Source of the DNA: an uncultured Ignavibacteria bacterium
GTDB lineage: Bacteria; Zixibacteria; MSB-5A5; CAIYYT01
Assembly: GCA_964584025.1 (NCBI GenBank)
Contig: CAZOYE010000002.1
Coordinates: 184,090-248,089, forward strand
DNA: 64,000 bases
Direction of reading: 5' to 3'
A program made the translations under genes and the position numbers. Below the pieces are notes generated by a model, which had not been told where the DNA came from, did no database searches, and was given only the letters and a program-made list of their open reading frames with translations. Of this stretch, positions 49,291 to 57,388 are shown piece by piece. Every line of letters starts with the position of its first letter. Position 1 is the stretch's first letter.

Positions 49291-49570
49291 TTTCTTTAAG
49301 GTTGATTACAACCGCTTGATTATTGAGGATAGCTTCGATCAGTTGCTTGCGCGCCGTGTAGAGCAGGCGTTGCACCGTGCCGCGGGAAACGCCCAGACGC
49401 TCGCCGGCGGCCTCCTGCTCAAGGCCCTCGACATCGCATAGCCGCAACGCCTCGAACTGGTCCAGCGTCAATACCGTTGTCGCCAAATCACGGAGCGGAA
49501 CGCCCTGTGGTTTATAAACGCGGTCGGCATCGTAACGGCGGCAGCAGCGAAGTTTTCGGGGTCGAGGCAT
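49223..49570 (-). CDS. DUF134 (UPF0251) predicted DNA-binding protein.
   Basis: MPRPRKLRCCRRYD...YKPQGVPLRDLATTVLTLDQFEALRLCDVEGLEQEAAGERLGVSRGTVQRLLYTARKQL (sigma-70 region-4-like HTH); the usual partner of NifX-like genes. Confidence 0.75.
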   Translation of the reverse strand: MPRPRKLRCCRRYDADRVYKPQGVPLRDLATTVLTLDQFEALRLCDVEGLEQEAAGERLGVSRGTVQRLLYTARKQLIEAILNNQAVVINLKESEACHVDMHSHQRCCRSRRHGL

Positions 49571-49696
49571 CCTCCATCCATTCTGTGCATATGCACAAAA
49601 TAAATATCGGCAGAAATATCTGTGTTGTCAAGTACCAGAAAGACGAGTTTTGGGGAAAAATGGCCCGGAGCGGCTAACGCCAGACCGGGCCCAGGC

Positions 49697-50170
49697 TTAC
49701 GGGCAATGCGGCGCGGGGCCGCCGCCAAAGATATAGGTGATCAAGTAGACAGCGTCTGAGATCGTGATGATCCCCGTGCCGTCGGCATCGCCCTGGCAAA
49801 TGGGATTGGGCGCAGCGCCGCCACCGAAGATGTAGGAAATCAGAAATACGGCATCCGAAATGGTGATAATGCCATTACCGTCAGCGTCGCCGCAAAAGCA
49901 CGCGGCTGAACCGAAGTTCTGTTGAAATCCCTGATTAAGTTTGTAGTTGGTCGATGATCCGGCGCCGGCCGCAGTTTGTCCGACGGTGCTGGAGAGCTGG
50001 TAGTTGGTTGAGCTTCCGTTCGTTGAGCCACCGCCGGAGACAACCTGCCATTTGAGCTGTTCACCGGACGCGGGAGCTTGGTTCTCTCCGACGGCTGCAG
50101 ATGTCAGGATCAACAGAAAACACGTCGGAACAATGACGATTCGGATTGTGCTTGCGAAGAACTTGGACAT
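49697..50170 (-). CDS. Small secreted protein with two Cys-framed dockerin-like repeats (copy 2 of 2; paralog of 25986..26471).
   Basis: Signal peptide; EQLKWQVVSGGGSTNGSSTNYQLSSTVGQTAAG module; CFCGDADGNGIITISDAVFLISYIFGGGAAP...CQGDADGTGIITISDAVYLITYIFGGGPAPHCP. Confidence 0.6.
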   Translation of the reverse strand: MSKFFASTIRIVIVPTCFLLILTSAAVGENQAPASGEQLKWQVVSGGGSTNGSSTNYQLSSTVGQTAAGAGSSTNYKLNQGFQQNFGSAACFCGDADGNGIITISDAVFLISYIFGGGAAPNPICQGDADGTGIITISDAVYLITYIFGGGPAPHCP

Positions 50171-50445
50171 GGGAGGCCTTTCTCAACAACAAACGTTCAG
50201 CACGAGAAGCTCCGCCGCAGGAAACCCCAGTTTCTTGGACAGCGACCGTAGCACAAAGTAGATATAATTGAGCTTGCGACTCCATTATAAGCCAGCAACG
50301 CTAACCTGTCAAGTTTCAATCGTCACCAATCCACTCAATTCTATGGGAACATAGACGCCTGCAACGAGTGCGGGGGAAGGGGAGTATAATCTCGCAGCAG
50401 ATGGCTGTTGATTGTGAGATAAGGAATGAACTGAGGAGGAGTCGA

Positions 50446-50712
50446 ATGGATTGCCCAGCCTGCCGCGCAGAGCTGCAAATGACTGAAAGACAAGGTGTTG
50501 AGATAGACTATTGTCCCAAGTGCCGAGGTGTCTGGCTGGACCGCGGTGAACTTGATAAGATCATTGACCGGGCGGCTTCAGCAGATTCTGGTTCGATGTC
50601 TACGCGATCCTCCAGTCGCCAGCGTGAATTAAGAAACGATCACGATCGCAACCACGATGAATACAAGAAGAAACGAAAGAAATCGTTGCTCGGAGAGCTA
50701 TTTGACTTCTAA
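50446..50712 (+). CDS. Zinc-ribbon (TFIIB-type, PF13453-like) domain protein.
   Basis: MDCPACRAELQMTERQGVEIDYCPKCRGVWLDRGELDKII...; start at ATG 50446 with a GAGGAGGA RBS; basic C-terminal tail. Confidence 0.65.
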   Translation: MDCPACRAELQMTERQGVEIDYCPKCRGVWLDRGELDKIIDRAASADSGSMSTRSSSRQRELRNDHDRNHDEYKKKRKKSLLGELFDF

Positions 50713-51243
50713 ACCGAGACCAGGTGTCGCTCGGGTGTAGTCAATCGCCCAGACGATTTTCCAGGTTTTGCCGTCATCGTCTGATCGTTCCCAATTCCAC
50801 TTGATGGAGTTGGGCTGGATATCAAACCAGACCATACGCTGCTGAAACGCCGGCTTGCCCTTTGGTCGCGCTGTTCTTGTCAGGATCATCTTGCCGTCAG
50901 CGAATCCGCCGCTAAAGTCCAGGTAACTCCCCTGGTTGTCGACCCAGGTCTGGTGCCATTTGCCGGTGTTGGGGACGAAAACGGACACCGAGAGACCGAC
51001 CAGCGGCATGGCATCGCGTGACGAGAAGTTTTCCTTGATCACACAGCCGCCAAGTTCTTTGGTAATGGTATTGCGTCCCCGACCCGAATCGGCCCAGGTC
51101 AGTTCCCAGTCGCCGACCCAGAAGTCGAACTGGTTAGACTCCGGCGCACTGCACGGGGCTGGCCGGTCGTCGGCAAGCAACACCTGAAATGCAAGCAGAA
51201 ACCCAACGATAATGAGAGCGGGATAAGTAAGACAGCGAATCAT
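50698..51243 (-). CDS. Secreted DUF1579-like (lipocalin/SnoaL-like) protein.
   Basis: Signal peptide; FDFWVGDWELTW...; family assignment tentative. Confidence 0.45.
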   Translation of the reverse strand: MIRCLTYPALIIVGFLLAFQVLLADDRPAPCSAPESNQFDFWVGDWELTWADSGRGRNTITKELGGCVIKENFSSRDAMPLVGLSVSVFVPNTGKWHQTWVDNQGSYLDFSGGFADGKMILTRTARPKGKPAFQQRMVWFDIQPNSIKWNWERSDDDGKTWKIVWAIDYTRATPGLGLEVK

Positions 51244-51336
51244 CTTTCCTCCGATTCTGTTGTTCCCCGGTATGACGTCTGATGGTGGAGGATATGACGC
51301 TAATCAGATACGAATCTTCGCGAATTGTATGAATTA

Positions 51337-52203
51337 CTACGGGAGTTCTTTGTGAGTGCCGTCGCAGAACGGCGGGGTCTTGGTTCGCTTGCACTGGCAG
51401 TACGAACGCAGCCGCTTTTCGGTGATCGTGAACTCAAGCGGTTCAAAGTCCGTGATATGGTGTGAACCGTCGCAGAACGGTTGATCTGCCGAACGGCCGC
51501 ATTGACACCACCAGTATGTGCCGGGCTCGAGCTCGAGCTTGACCGATTTCTTATCGGCGACATGAGGCTCGGACACTCTGAACCTTTGTTCGCTGTGCGA
51601 TTCGGAAGCGGGCTTGCCTTCAGAGAGTATCATGTCCTCGGCAATCTGCGCCAACAGATGCAACGCGAAGATATGCTCCTCCTGGATGCGCATGGTTGAG
51701 CTGGACGGCACGCAAAGAGCGTGATTGCACAGTTCCGGCTGGCTCAATCCGTGGGCGCCGAAAAGCCCGATTGTGACCAGGCCGCGCTCCTTAGCGGAGC
51801 GGAAAGCAGCAAGAATATTAGCCGAGCGGCCGGATGTTGTCAGTCCGATGAATATGTCCCCGGCTTGCCCCAGAGCTTCGATTTGACGGCTGAAGATTCG
51901 TTCAAAGCCGTAGTCGTTTGAGGCCGCCGTCAAGAGCGAGCTGTCCGTAGTGAGGGCAATCGCCGGGAGGGCTTGGCGATCGTTTTCGGCGGTCAAGCGG
52001 ACGACAAACTCGGTGGCAAAATGCTGGCTGTCTGCCGCCGATCCTCCATTGCCGGCAATTAGGATCTTTCGGCCATCGGCCAGCGCTTTCGCAATTTGCG
52101 TTGCGGCGGCGAGCAACCATTCCTCGCGCTTGAGGCCGAATTGCGAACGCAGCGCCGTCGATTCCTGCACAGCGGCCGCGATGACTTGTTTATACTTCAT
52201 CAT
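51337..52203 (-). CDS. gmhA: Phosphoheptose isomerase (GmhA, SIS domain) fused to two C-terminal CDGSH-type iron-sulfur motifs.
   Basis: SIS/GmhA core ...ILIAGNGGSAADSQHFATEFVVR...IGLTTSGRSANIL...; then CQCGRSADQPFCDGSHH and CQCKRTKTPPFCDGTHK (two C-x-C-x(5-8)-C-D-G-[ST]-H motifs). Confidence 0.85.
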   Translation of the reverse strand: MMKYKQVIAAAVQESTALRSQFGLKREEWLLAAATQIAKALADGRKILIAGNGGSAADSQHFATEFVVRLTAENDRQALPAIALTTDSSLLTAASNDYGFERIFSRQIEALGQAGDIFIGLTTSGRSANILAAFRSAKERGLVTIGLFGAHGLSQPELCNHALCVPSSSTMRIQEEHIFALHLLAQIAEDMILSEGKPASESHSEQRFRVSEPHVADKKSVKLELEPGTYWWCQCGRSADQPFCDGSHHITDFEPLEFTITEKRLRSYCQCKRTKTPPFCDGTHKELP

Positions 52204-52987
52204 TGGACCTATTTACGAGACGGTCCGCCTTCGTATGCACCGCCTCGGCAAACTCCATCATAAGCGACAATTGACTGCTTTCCTCAAAACGGTTCCCCAC
52301 CACGACAAAACTCGCGCCGGCATCCACCTTACGGGCGGCGTCCTCCGGATGACGAATCCCGCCGCCGCAGATAACCGGCATCGATGTATAACCGACGGTC
52401 GCACTGACCATCTCTTCCGGCACCGAGTGAATCGCCCCGGATCCGGCCTCGAGGTAGATCATTTTCATACCCATATACTCCGCCGCCAGGGCATGGACTT
52501 TCGCAATCTCCGGCTTATTCCGCGGGATCGGATGAGTATGCGAGATATATTCCACCGAAGTGCGCGTGCCTGATTCGATCAGCAGGTAGGCGGTCGGAAT
52601 GGCTTCAAGAGCATACTCTTTTACAAGCGGTGCACCTTTCACCTGCTCGCCGATCAAGAATTCCGGATTGCGCCCCGATACGAGCGAGGTGAAGAGTATC
52701 GCGTCGGCATGTTTACAAACCTGTCCGGCGCCGCCGGGAAAGATTATAACGGGAATCGTGATACGCTGCTTGATCTCGCGGATCAACTCTTCCATGCGGT
52801 TGGAGAGCACCATGGACCCGCCTACAAGGATGGCATCTGCCCCCGCGCTCTGCGCGTTTTCGGCACAGGCGATCAATTGTGATTTCTGATGTTCGTTGGG
52901 ATCGATCAAAGTGAGGAATCCGGCGCCCTTGGTGCGGGCGGTGTTGAGAAGATAATCGTAGATTCGGTTCAATCCGTGAATCCTCAA
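52190..52987 (-). CDS. Geranylgeranylglyceryl phosphate synthase family (GGGPS/PcrB) TIM-barrel prenyltransferase.
   Basis: ...KGAGFLTLIDPNE...AILVGGS...GGAG...IYLEAGSGA...ICGGGIRHPEDAARKVDAGASFVVVGN...; 14-nt overlap with the gmhA-CDGSH gene. Confidence 0.8.
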   Translation of the reverse strand: MRIHGLNRIYDYLLNTARTKGAGFLTLIDPNEHQKSQLIACAENAQSAGADAILVGGSMVLSNRMEELIREIKQRITIPVIIFPGGAGQVCKHADAILFTSLVSGRNPEFLIGEQVKGAPLVKEYALEAIPTAYLLIESGTRTSVEYISHTHPIPRNKPEIAKVHALAAEYMGMKMIYLEAGSGAIHSVPEEMVSATVGYTSMPVICGGGIRHPEDAARKVDAGASFVVVGNRFEESSQLSLMMEFAEAVHTKADRLVNRSNDEV

Positions 52988-53034
52988 TCATGAAATTGTG
53001 CGCTGTCAGGATCGCAGGGATCCTGAACTACAAG

Positions 53035-55620
53035 CTAACTAAGGGCTTTTTCGATCAACGGCAAGACCGTTGCTTTGACCAGTGCTTCGTCAAGCGGCTT
53101 CGGCCCGGCGCCCTGCACGAAATAGTCGCGTCCGCCGCCGCGACCGCCGAAAGCGGTATTCAGGTCTTTGATCAATTCGCGCGGCTTTAATTTCATTTTC
53201 AGTGCCGAATCAGAGGCCGTAACCGCATACTGCCCTGCTGGATTGTAGAAAACTCCGCTGGCCGGGTAGTTGAGCGACTTGACGAAATCGGCGAAGGCAT
53301 TCAATTGATCCTTGCCGTCAAAAGTATGCACAAGAACTTTGACGCCCTTGATTTCTTGTGCGTTTGACTTGAAGAGCTTTTCGATTTCTCCGGCGGCCGA
53401 TTCGGCCTGGGATTTCTCGAGCTCTTTCTTGAGCTTCTTGCTTTCTTCGAGAAGTTCCTCCACGCGCTCGACGATCTTCTCCTCGGGCATCTTCAGTACA
53501 CGCGCGGCAGAATCGACGGTGCCCTTCAAGCCGCGCAGATAGTCGAACGCTCCCTTGCCTGTCAGCGCCTCGACACGTCGAATTCCGGCAGCAATGGCAG
53601 TTTCGGCAACAATCACGAAAACGCCGATCTCTCCGGTCGCCTGTACGTGGGTGCCGCCACAGAGTTCGCGGGAGTAGCCTTCGACCTCGACCATACGCAC
53701 GACATCGCCGTACTTTTCGCCGAACAACGCCATGGCGCCGAGCTTCTTGGCTTCTTCGATCGGATAATTATCCCACTTCACGGCACGATTAAGCAGGATC
53801 TGCTCGTTTACCAACCGTTCGACCTCGCGGACTTCCTCTTCGGTCATCGCTTTGAAATGTGCAAAATCAAAGCGCAGACGCTCCGGCGACACGAGAGAGC
53901 CTTTCTGCTGGACGTGCTCGCCGAGCACCGTGCGCAGCGCCTTGTGCAGAAGGTGCGTGGCTGTGTGGTTGCGCTGGGTGTGCTTTTGGCGGACGCCGTC
54001 GACGCGGGCGGTGACTTCAGCGTCGGCAAACTTCTCCGCCACAGCTGTCGTCGGTTCAACAAGGTGGATGGCGTAATCGCCGGCTTTGAGGGTGTCGACG
54101 ACAACGAGTTCATCGCCATTAAGTTTCAGACTCCCTGTGTCCCCGATCTGACCACCTGATTCGGCATAAAACGGCGTGACATCAAGGATCACTTGCTGGA
54201 ATTTGTCGCTACGACTGACGCTGAGGACTCTGGATCGAGACTCCCAAGCGTCGTTGTAGCCGATGTACTTCGTAGGCGCGACATTCTTGTCAGGAACCAC
54301 GATGTTTGCAGCAAATGTCCCGGAGTCCTTTGACCGCTGCTTCTGTTCGTTCAGCGCCTTCTCGAACCCCAGCATGTCAACCGTCAGCCCCTGCTCGCGC
54401 GCCATAACCTCCGTCATGTCAACCGGAAAACCGTAGGTGTCATAGAGCTTGAAGACTTCTTCCCCGGGAATCAACCTCTGATTCTTGCCGCGCAGTCGCT
54501 CAACAATCTTGTCAAAGATTTCGATCCCGCGGTCCAGCGTCTCGCCAAAGCTCTCTTCCTCAGATTTGATTACGAGGGCTACATGCTCGGCCTGCGCTTT
54601 GATTTCAGGGAACTGGTGCCCCATCGTGTCGACCAGTACCGCCGCCAGCTTGTAGATGAATGGATCATGCTGGCCCAACAGCCGGCCATGACGAGCCGCG
54701 CGACGAAGGATGCGGCGCAGCACGTAGCCTCGGCCTTCATTAGAAGGAATTCCGCCGTCGGCGATCGCAAAGGTCAGCGCGCGGATATGATCGGCAACGA
54801 CGCGGTGCGACAGGCCGCGTTTGTCGCAATGATATTCTCTGCCGGTGAGATCGATGATAGCGCTCAGCAGCGGCGCGAACAGGTCGGTGTCGTAATTGGA
54901 GTCGACCTTCTGCATGACCATTGCCATCCGCTCGAGTCCGCCACCGGTATCCACTGAGGGTTTTGGCAGCGGCGTCATTTTGCCGGAAGCATCGCGGTCA
55001 AACTGCATGAAAACGAGATTCCAGATTTCCATGAAACGATCGCCGTCGTCGTTAACGGTCGCATCTTTGCCGTACTGCTCGCCGCGATCGACATGGATCT
55101 CCGAGCACGGTCCGCAGGGGCCGGTCTCACCCATCGACCAGAAATTGTCTTTCTCGCCGAAGCGCATGATGCGACCGTTCTTCAACTCGGGAGCAATCTT
55201 CTCCCACAGCACAAACGCTTCATCGTCCTTCTGGTAGACCGTCGCATACAACCGGTCGGCGGGAATCTTGAGAGTGTTTCGGATGTAGTCCCAGGCGAAC
55301 TTGATGGCGTCTTCCTTGAAGTAGTCGCCAAACGAGAAATTGCCCAGCATCTCAAAGAACGTATGATGGCGCGCCGTTTCACCGACATTTTCGAGATCGT
55401 TGTGTTTGCCGCCGGCGCGGATGCACTTCTGCGAAGTGGTCGCACGCTTGTAGTCGACCTTGCGCTGACCGAGGAAGACGTCCTTGAACTGGTTCATGCC
55501 GGCATTGGTAAACAGCAAGGTCGGATCATCCAGTGGGATCAAAGACGAACTGGGCAGGCGTTTGTGGTCTTTTGACTCGAAGTAGGCCAGGAATGACTCG
55601 CGGATTTCGGCGGCTTTCAA
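53035..55620 (-). CDS. alaS: Alanine--tRNA ligase.
   Basis: Full-length AlaRS (catalytic, tRNA-binding, editing HxxxH...CxxxH, and C-terminal DHHA1 domains). Confidence 0.97.
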   Translation of the reverse strand: MKAAEIRESFLAYFESKDHKRLPSSSLIPLDDPTLLFTNAGMNQFKDVFLGQRKVDYKRATTSQKCIRAGGKHNDLENVGETARHHTFFEMLGNFSFGDYFKEDAIKFAWDYIRNTLKIPADRLYATVYQKDDEAFVLWEKIAPELKNGRIMRFGEKDNFWSMGETGPCGPCSEIHVDRGEQYGKDATVNDDGDRFMEIWNLVFMQFDRDASGKMTPLPKPSVDTGGGLERMAMVMQKVDSNYDTDLFAPLLSAIIDLTGREYHCDKRGLSHRVVADHIRALTFAIADGGIPSNEGRGYVLRRILRRAARHGRLLGQHDPFIYKLAAVLVDTMGHQFPEIKAQAEHVALVIKSEEESFGETLDRGIEIFDKIVERLRGKNQRLIPGEEVFKLYDTYGFPVDMTEVMAREQGLTVDMLGFEKALNEQKQRSKDSGTFAANIVVPDKNVAPTKYIGYNDAWESRSRVLSVSRSDKFQQVILDVTPFYAESGGQIGDTGSLKLNGDELVVVDTLKAGDYAIHLVEPTTAVAEKFADAEVTARVDGVRQKHTQRNHTATHLLHKALRTVLGEHVQQKGSLVSPERLRFDFAHFKAMTEEEVREVERLVNEQILLNRAVKWDNYPIEEAKKLGAMALFGEKYGDVVRMVEVEGYSRELCGGTHVQATGEIGVFVIVAETAIAAGIRRVEALTGKGAFDYLRGLKGTVDSAARVLKMPEEKIVERVEELLEESKKLKKELEKSQAESAAGEIEKLFKSNAQEIKGVKVLVHTFDGKDQLNAFADFVKSLNYPASGVFYNPAGQYAVTASDSALKMKLKPRELIKDLNTAFGGRGGGRDYFVQGAGPKPLDEALVKATVLPLIEKALS

Positions 55621-55677
55621 AATGTCTCCTTGAATGTTCTGACTGCAATCCTCACCCTACGCTGCGCTTCGAGTGGG

Positions 55678-56340
55678 CTACAGGGTTTCCGACTCGCTGC
55701 GAAATCGCTCCCAGGCTGATTCCACGGCATCGGGTGAAAATCCCCGATAGCTTAGAAAGTTATAGATTTTGCGCTTCATTTCAAGCGATTCCATGCCCTT
55801 GAAGCGACTCTTCCGCGACAGCAGGGCGCGGTAGGCAGCCTCCGCTTCCGCATCACTTGAGAGGTTTTCTTTCAGTGTCTCGTTGGCTGTTTCGCGTGAA
55901 ACGCCCTTCTGGTACAATTCCATCAGCAGGCGCTTACGACCGCGCGGGGCCAGCTGTTGTCGATTACTAACCCAATCGGCGGCGAATTGTTCGTCGTTCA
56001 AGTATCCTTTTTCGCGCAGCCAATCGATGGTAGCAGCGATTTGCGCCTCGTCGAATTGCTTCCTGGAAAGGTAGCCCTTCATTTCGTGTTCTGAGCGGCT
56101 GCGGCGAGCCAGATAACGCAATGCTGCATCGCGTACCCGCGCGATTCCGAGAGATTCGCGCACGGCGTCCAGCCGTTCCGGCGACAACTCGTCGCCCACA
56201 TGAAGATCGAATTGGGCCAGTTGGTCTTCGGTGCAACCAGCGAAAAAGCGGCTGTCAACATAGATTGACCAGCGTTGCGGGTCGCGCTTCTGGGGTGTCA
56301 GCCCCGTGATCTTAGGCATAGATTTATTATAATAGGGCAC
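55678..56340 (-). CDS. recX: Regulatory protein RecX.
   Basis: Three-repeat helical RecX-like sequence. The start may be the ATG at 56317-56319 (MPKITG..). recX-alaS adjacency is typical. Confidence 0.8.
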   Translation of the reverse strand: MPYYNKSMPKITGLTPQKRDPQRWSIYVDSRFFAGCTEDQLAQFDLHVGDELSPERLDAVRESLGIARVRDAALRYLARRSRSEHEMKGYLSRKQFDEAQIAATIDWLREKGYLNDEQFAADWVSNRQQLAPRGRKRLLMELYQKGVSRETANETLKENLSSDAEAEAAYRALLSRKSRFKGMESLEMKRKIYNFLSYRGFSPDAVESAWERFRSESETL

Positions 56341-56462
56341 AAGACAGCGAATGCCAAGCGACAGTTGGATCTCGCGATAGCCAGATACTGCTTGCCCCGG
56401 GAAACTCCGGAGTGCATAATACGTTATCTGAACTGACGGCTTGATCTGTCGATTATTGTCTT

Positions 56463-56759
56463 ATGATGCGTATTCGAAGTTTTGTCTCGATTCTGCTGGT
56501 GATCTACGCCGTTTTCGGCGGCGCGGTCATCAACCAGCTGCATAATCACGAGTTTCATGCCTGCGACGGCGGCCACGTCGAACATACCGCGCCGTGCCCG
56601 GTAAGCGTATTCTTCGCTAATTTCGCCGGAGAAACCGCGACACCGATTCTGCCTGCCACGGACGCAACGATTGTTGGCATCATTGCCGTTGAACCGCAGC
56701 AGATCGATTTTGGTTTCGCCCTCGATATCGAGTCTTCTCGCGCTCCCCCGCTTGCGTAA
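56463..56759 (+). CDS. Hypothetical small membrane/secreted protein with a His/Cys-rich segment (the coding status itself is uncertain).
   Basis: N-terminal hydrophobic helix, then NQLHNHEFHACDGGHVEHTAPCP. No good RBS noted. The region could alternatively be a structured 5' leader for the downstream lipoprotein/TonB receptor operon. Confidence 0.25.
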   Translation: MMRIRSFVSILLVIYAVFGGAVINQLHNHEFHACDGGHVEHTAPCPVSVFFANFAGETATPILPATDATIVGIIAVEPQQIDFGFALDIESSRAPPLA

Positions 56760-56854
56760 CTCCAATCTTTAGCCACTGAAACACTGGAAGTCGCCGCCCG
56801 ACGGTAAGGCGTATGCTTCCTTCTATGCGTTTTCTCTAACTGAGGAGTTATGCC

Positions 56855-57388
56855 ATGTTCTTATCTACATTGCGCAACCGGAATCTCTTTGGCGCGCTCA
56901 TAATATTGATCGCCTGCGGCTTGCTCGCCGCGTGTTCGGAGGATGATGTCACGACTCCGCCGGAAGAACATTTTGAAGCCATCGGTGTGTACCTGAGCAC
57001 TTCCGGAATCGAGTTGGCCAGCATCTTGCGCGGCATTACGGACGATACGCTCTTCGTGCCTCTCGACAGCAGCACCGACCACATTGACGTGCAATTCTAC
57101 GATGAAGATGTAAACGTCGTCGATGGCCCGGAAGATTCCGACAAACAACTCGCCTGGATCATCGGCAACGCGGCGCTCTGCGAGGTCTGGCAGCACGCGG
57201 GTGAAGAAGGCGGCTACGAGGTTCACTTGCGCGGTCTGGCTGAAGGGTTGACGACGATCGAATTCCTGATCAACCACGAAGGCCATTCCGATTTTCGCTC
57301 CGGGAACATCCCGGTTCGTGTGCAGGCCGTAGCGCCGGCGCGGCGACCGTTGTCTCCGGCGACTTCTGCAGTCAGCCTTGAACAGTGA
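56855..57388 (+). CDS. Hypothetical lipoprotein upstream of the TonB-dependent receptor.
   Basis: Lipobox LLAAC; GGAG RBS upstream; 4-nt overlap with the TonB-dependent receptor gene. Confidence 0.5.
   Translation: MFLSTLRNRNLFGALIILIACGLLAACSEDDVTTPPEEHFEAIGVYLSTSGIELASILRGITDDTLFVPLDSSTDHIDVQFYDEDVNVVDGPEDSDKQLAWIIGNAALCEVWQHAGEEGGYEVHLRGLAEGLTTIEFLINHEGHSDFRSGNIPVRVQAVAPARRPLSPATSAVSLEQ

Noticed and set aside
53647-55575. Plus-strand ORFs of 170 and 160 aa within alaS, and minus-strand ORFs 57714..58224 within the TonB receptor gene.
   Set aside because: Embedded antisense ORFs in high-confidence genes.
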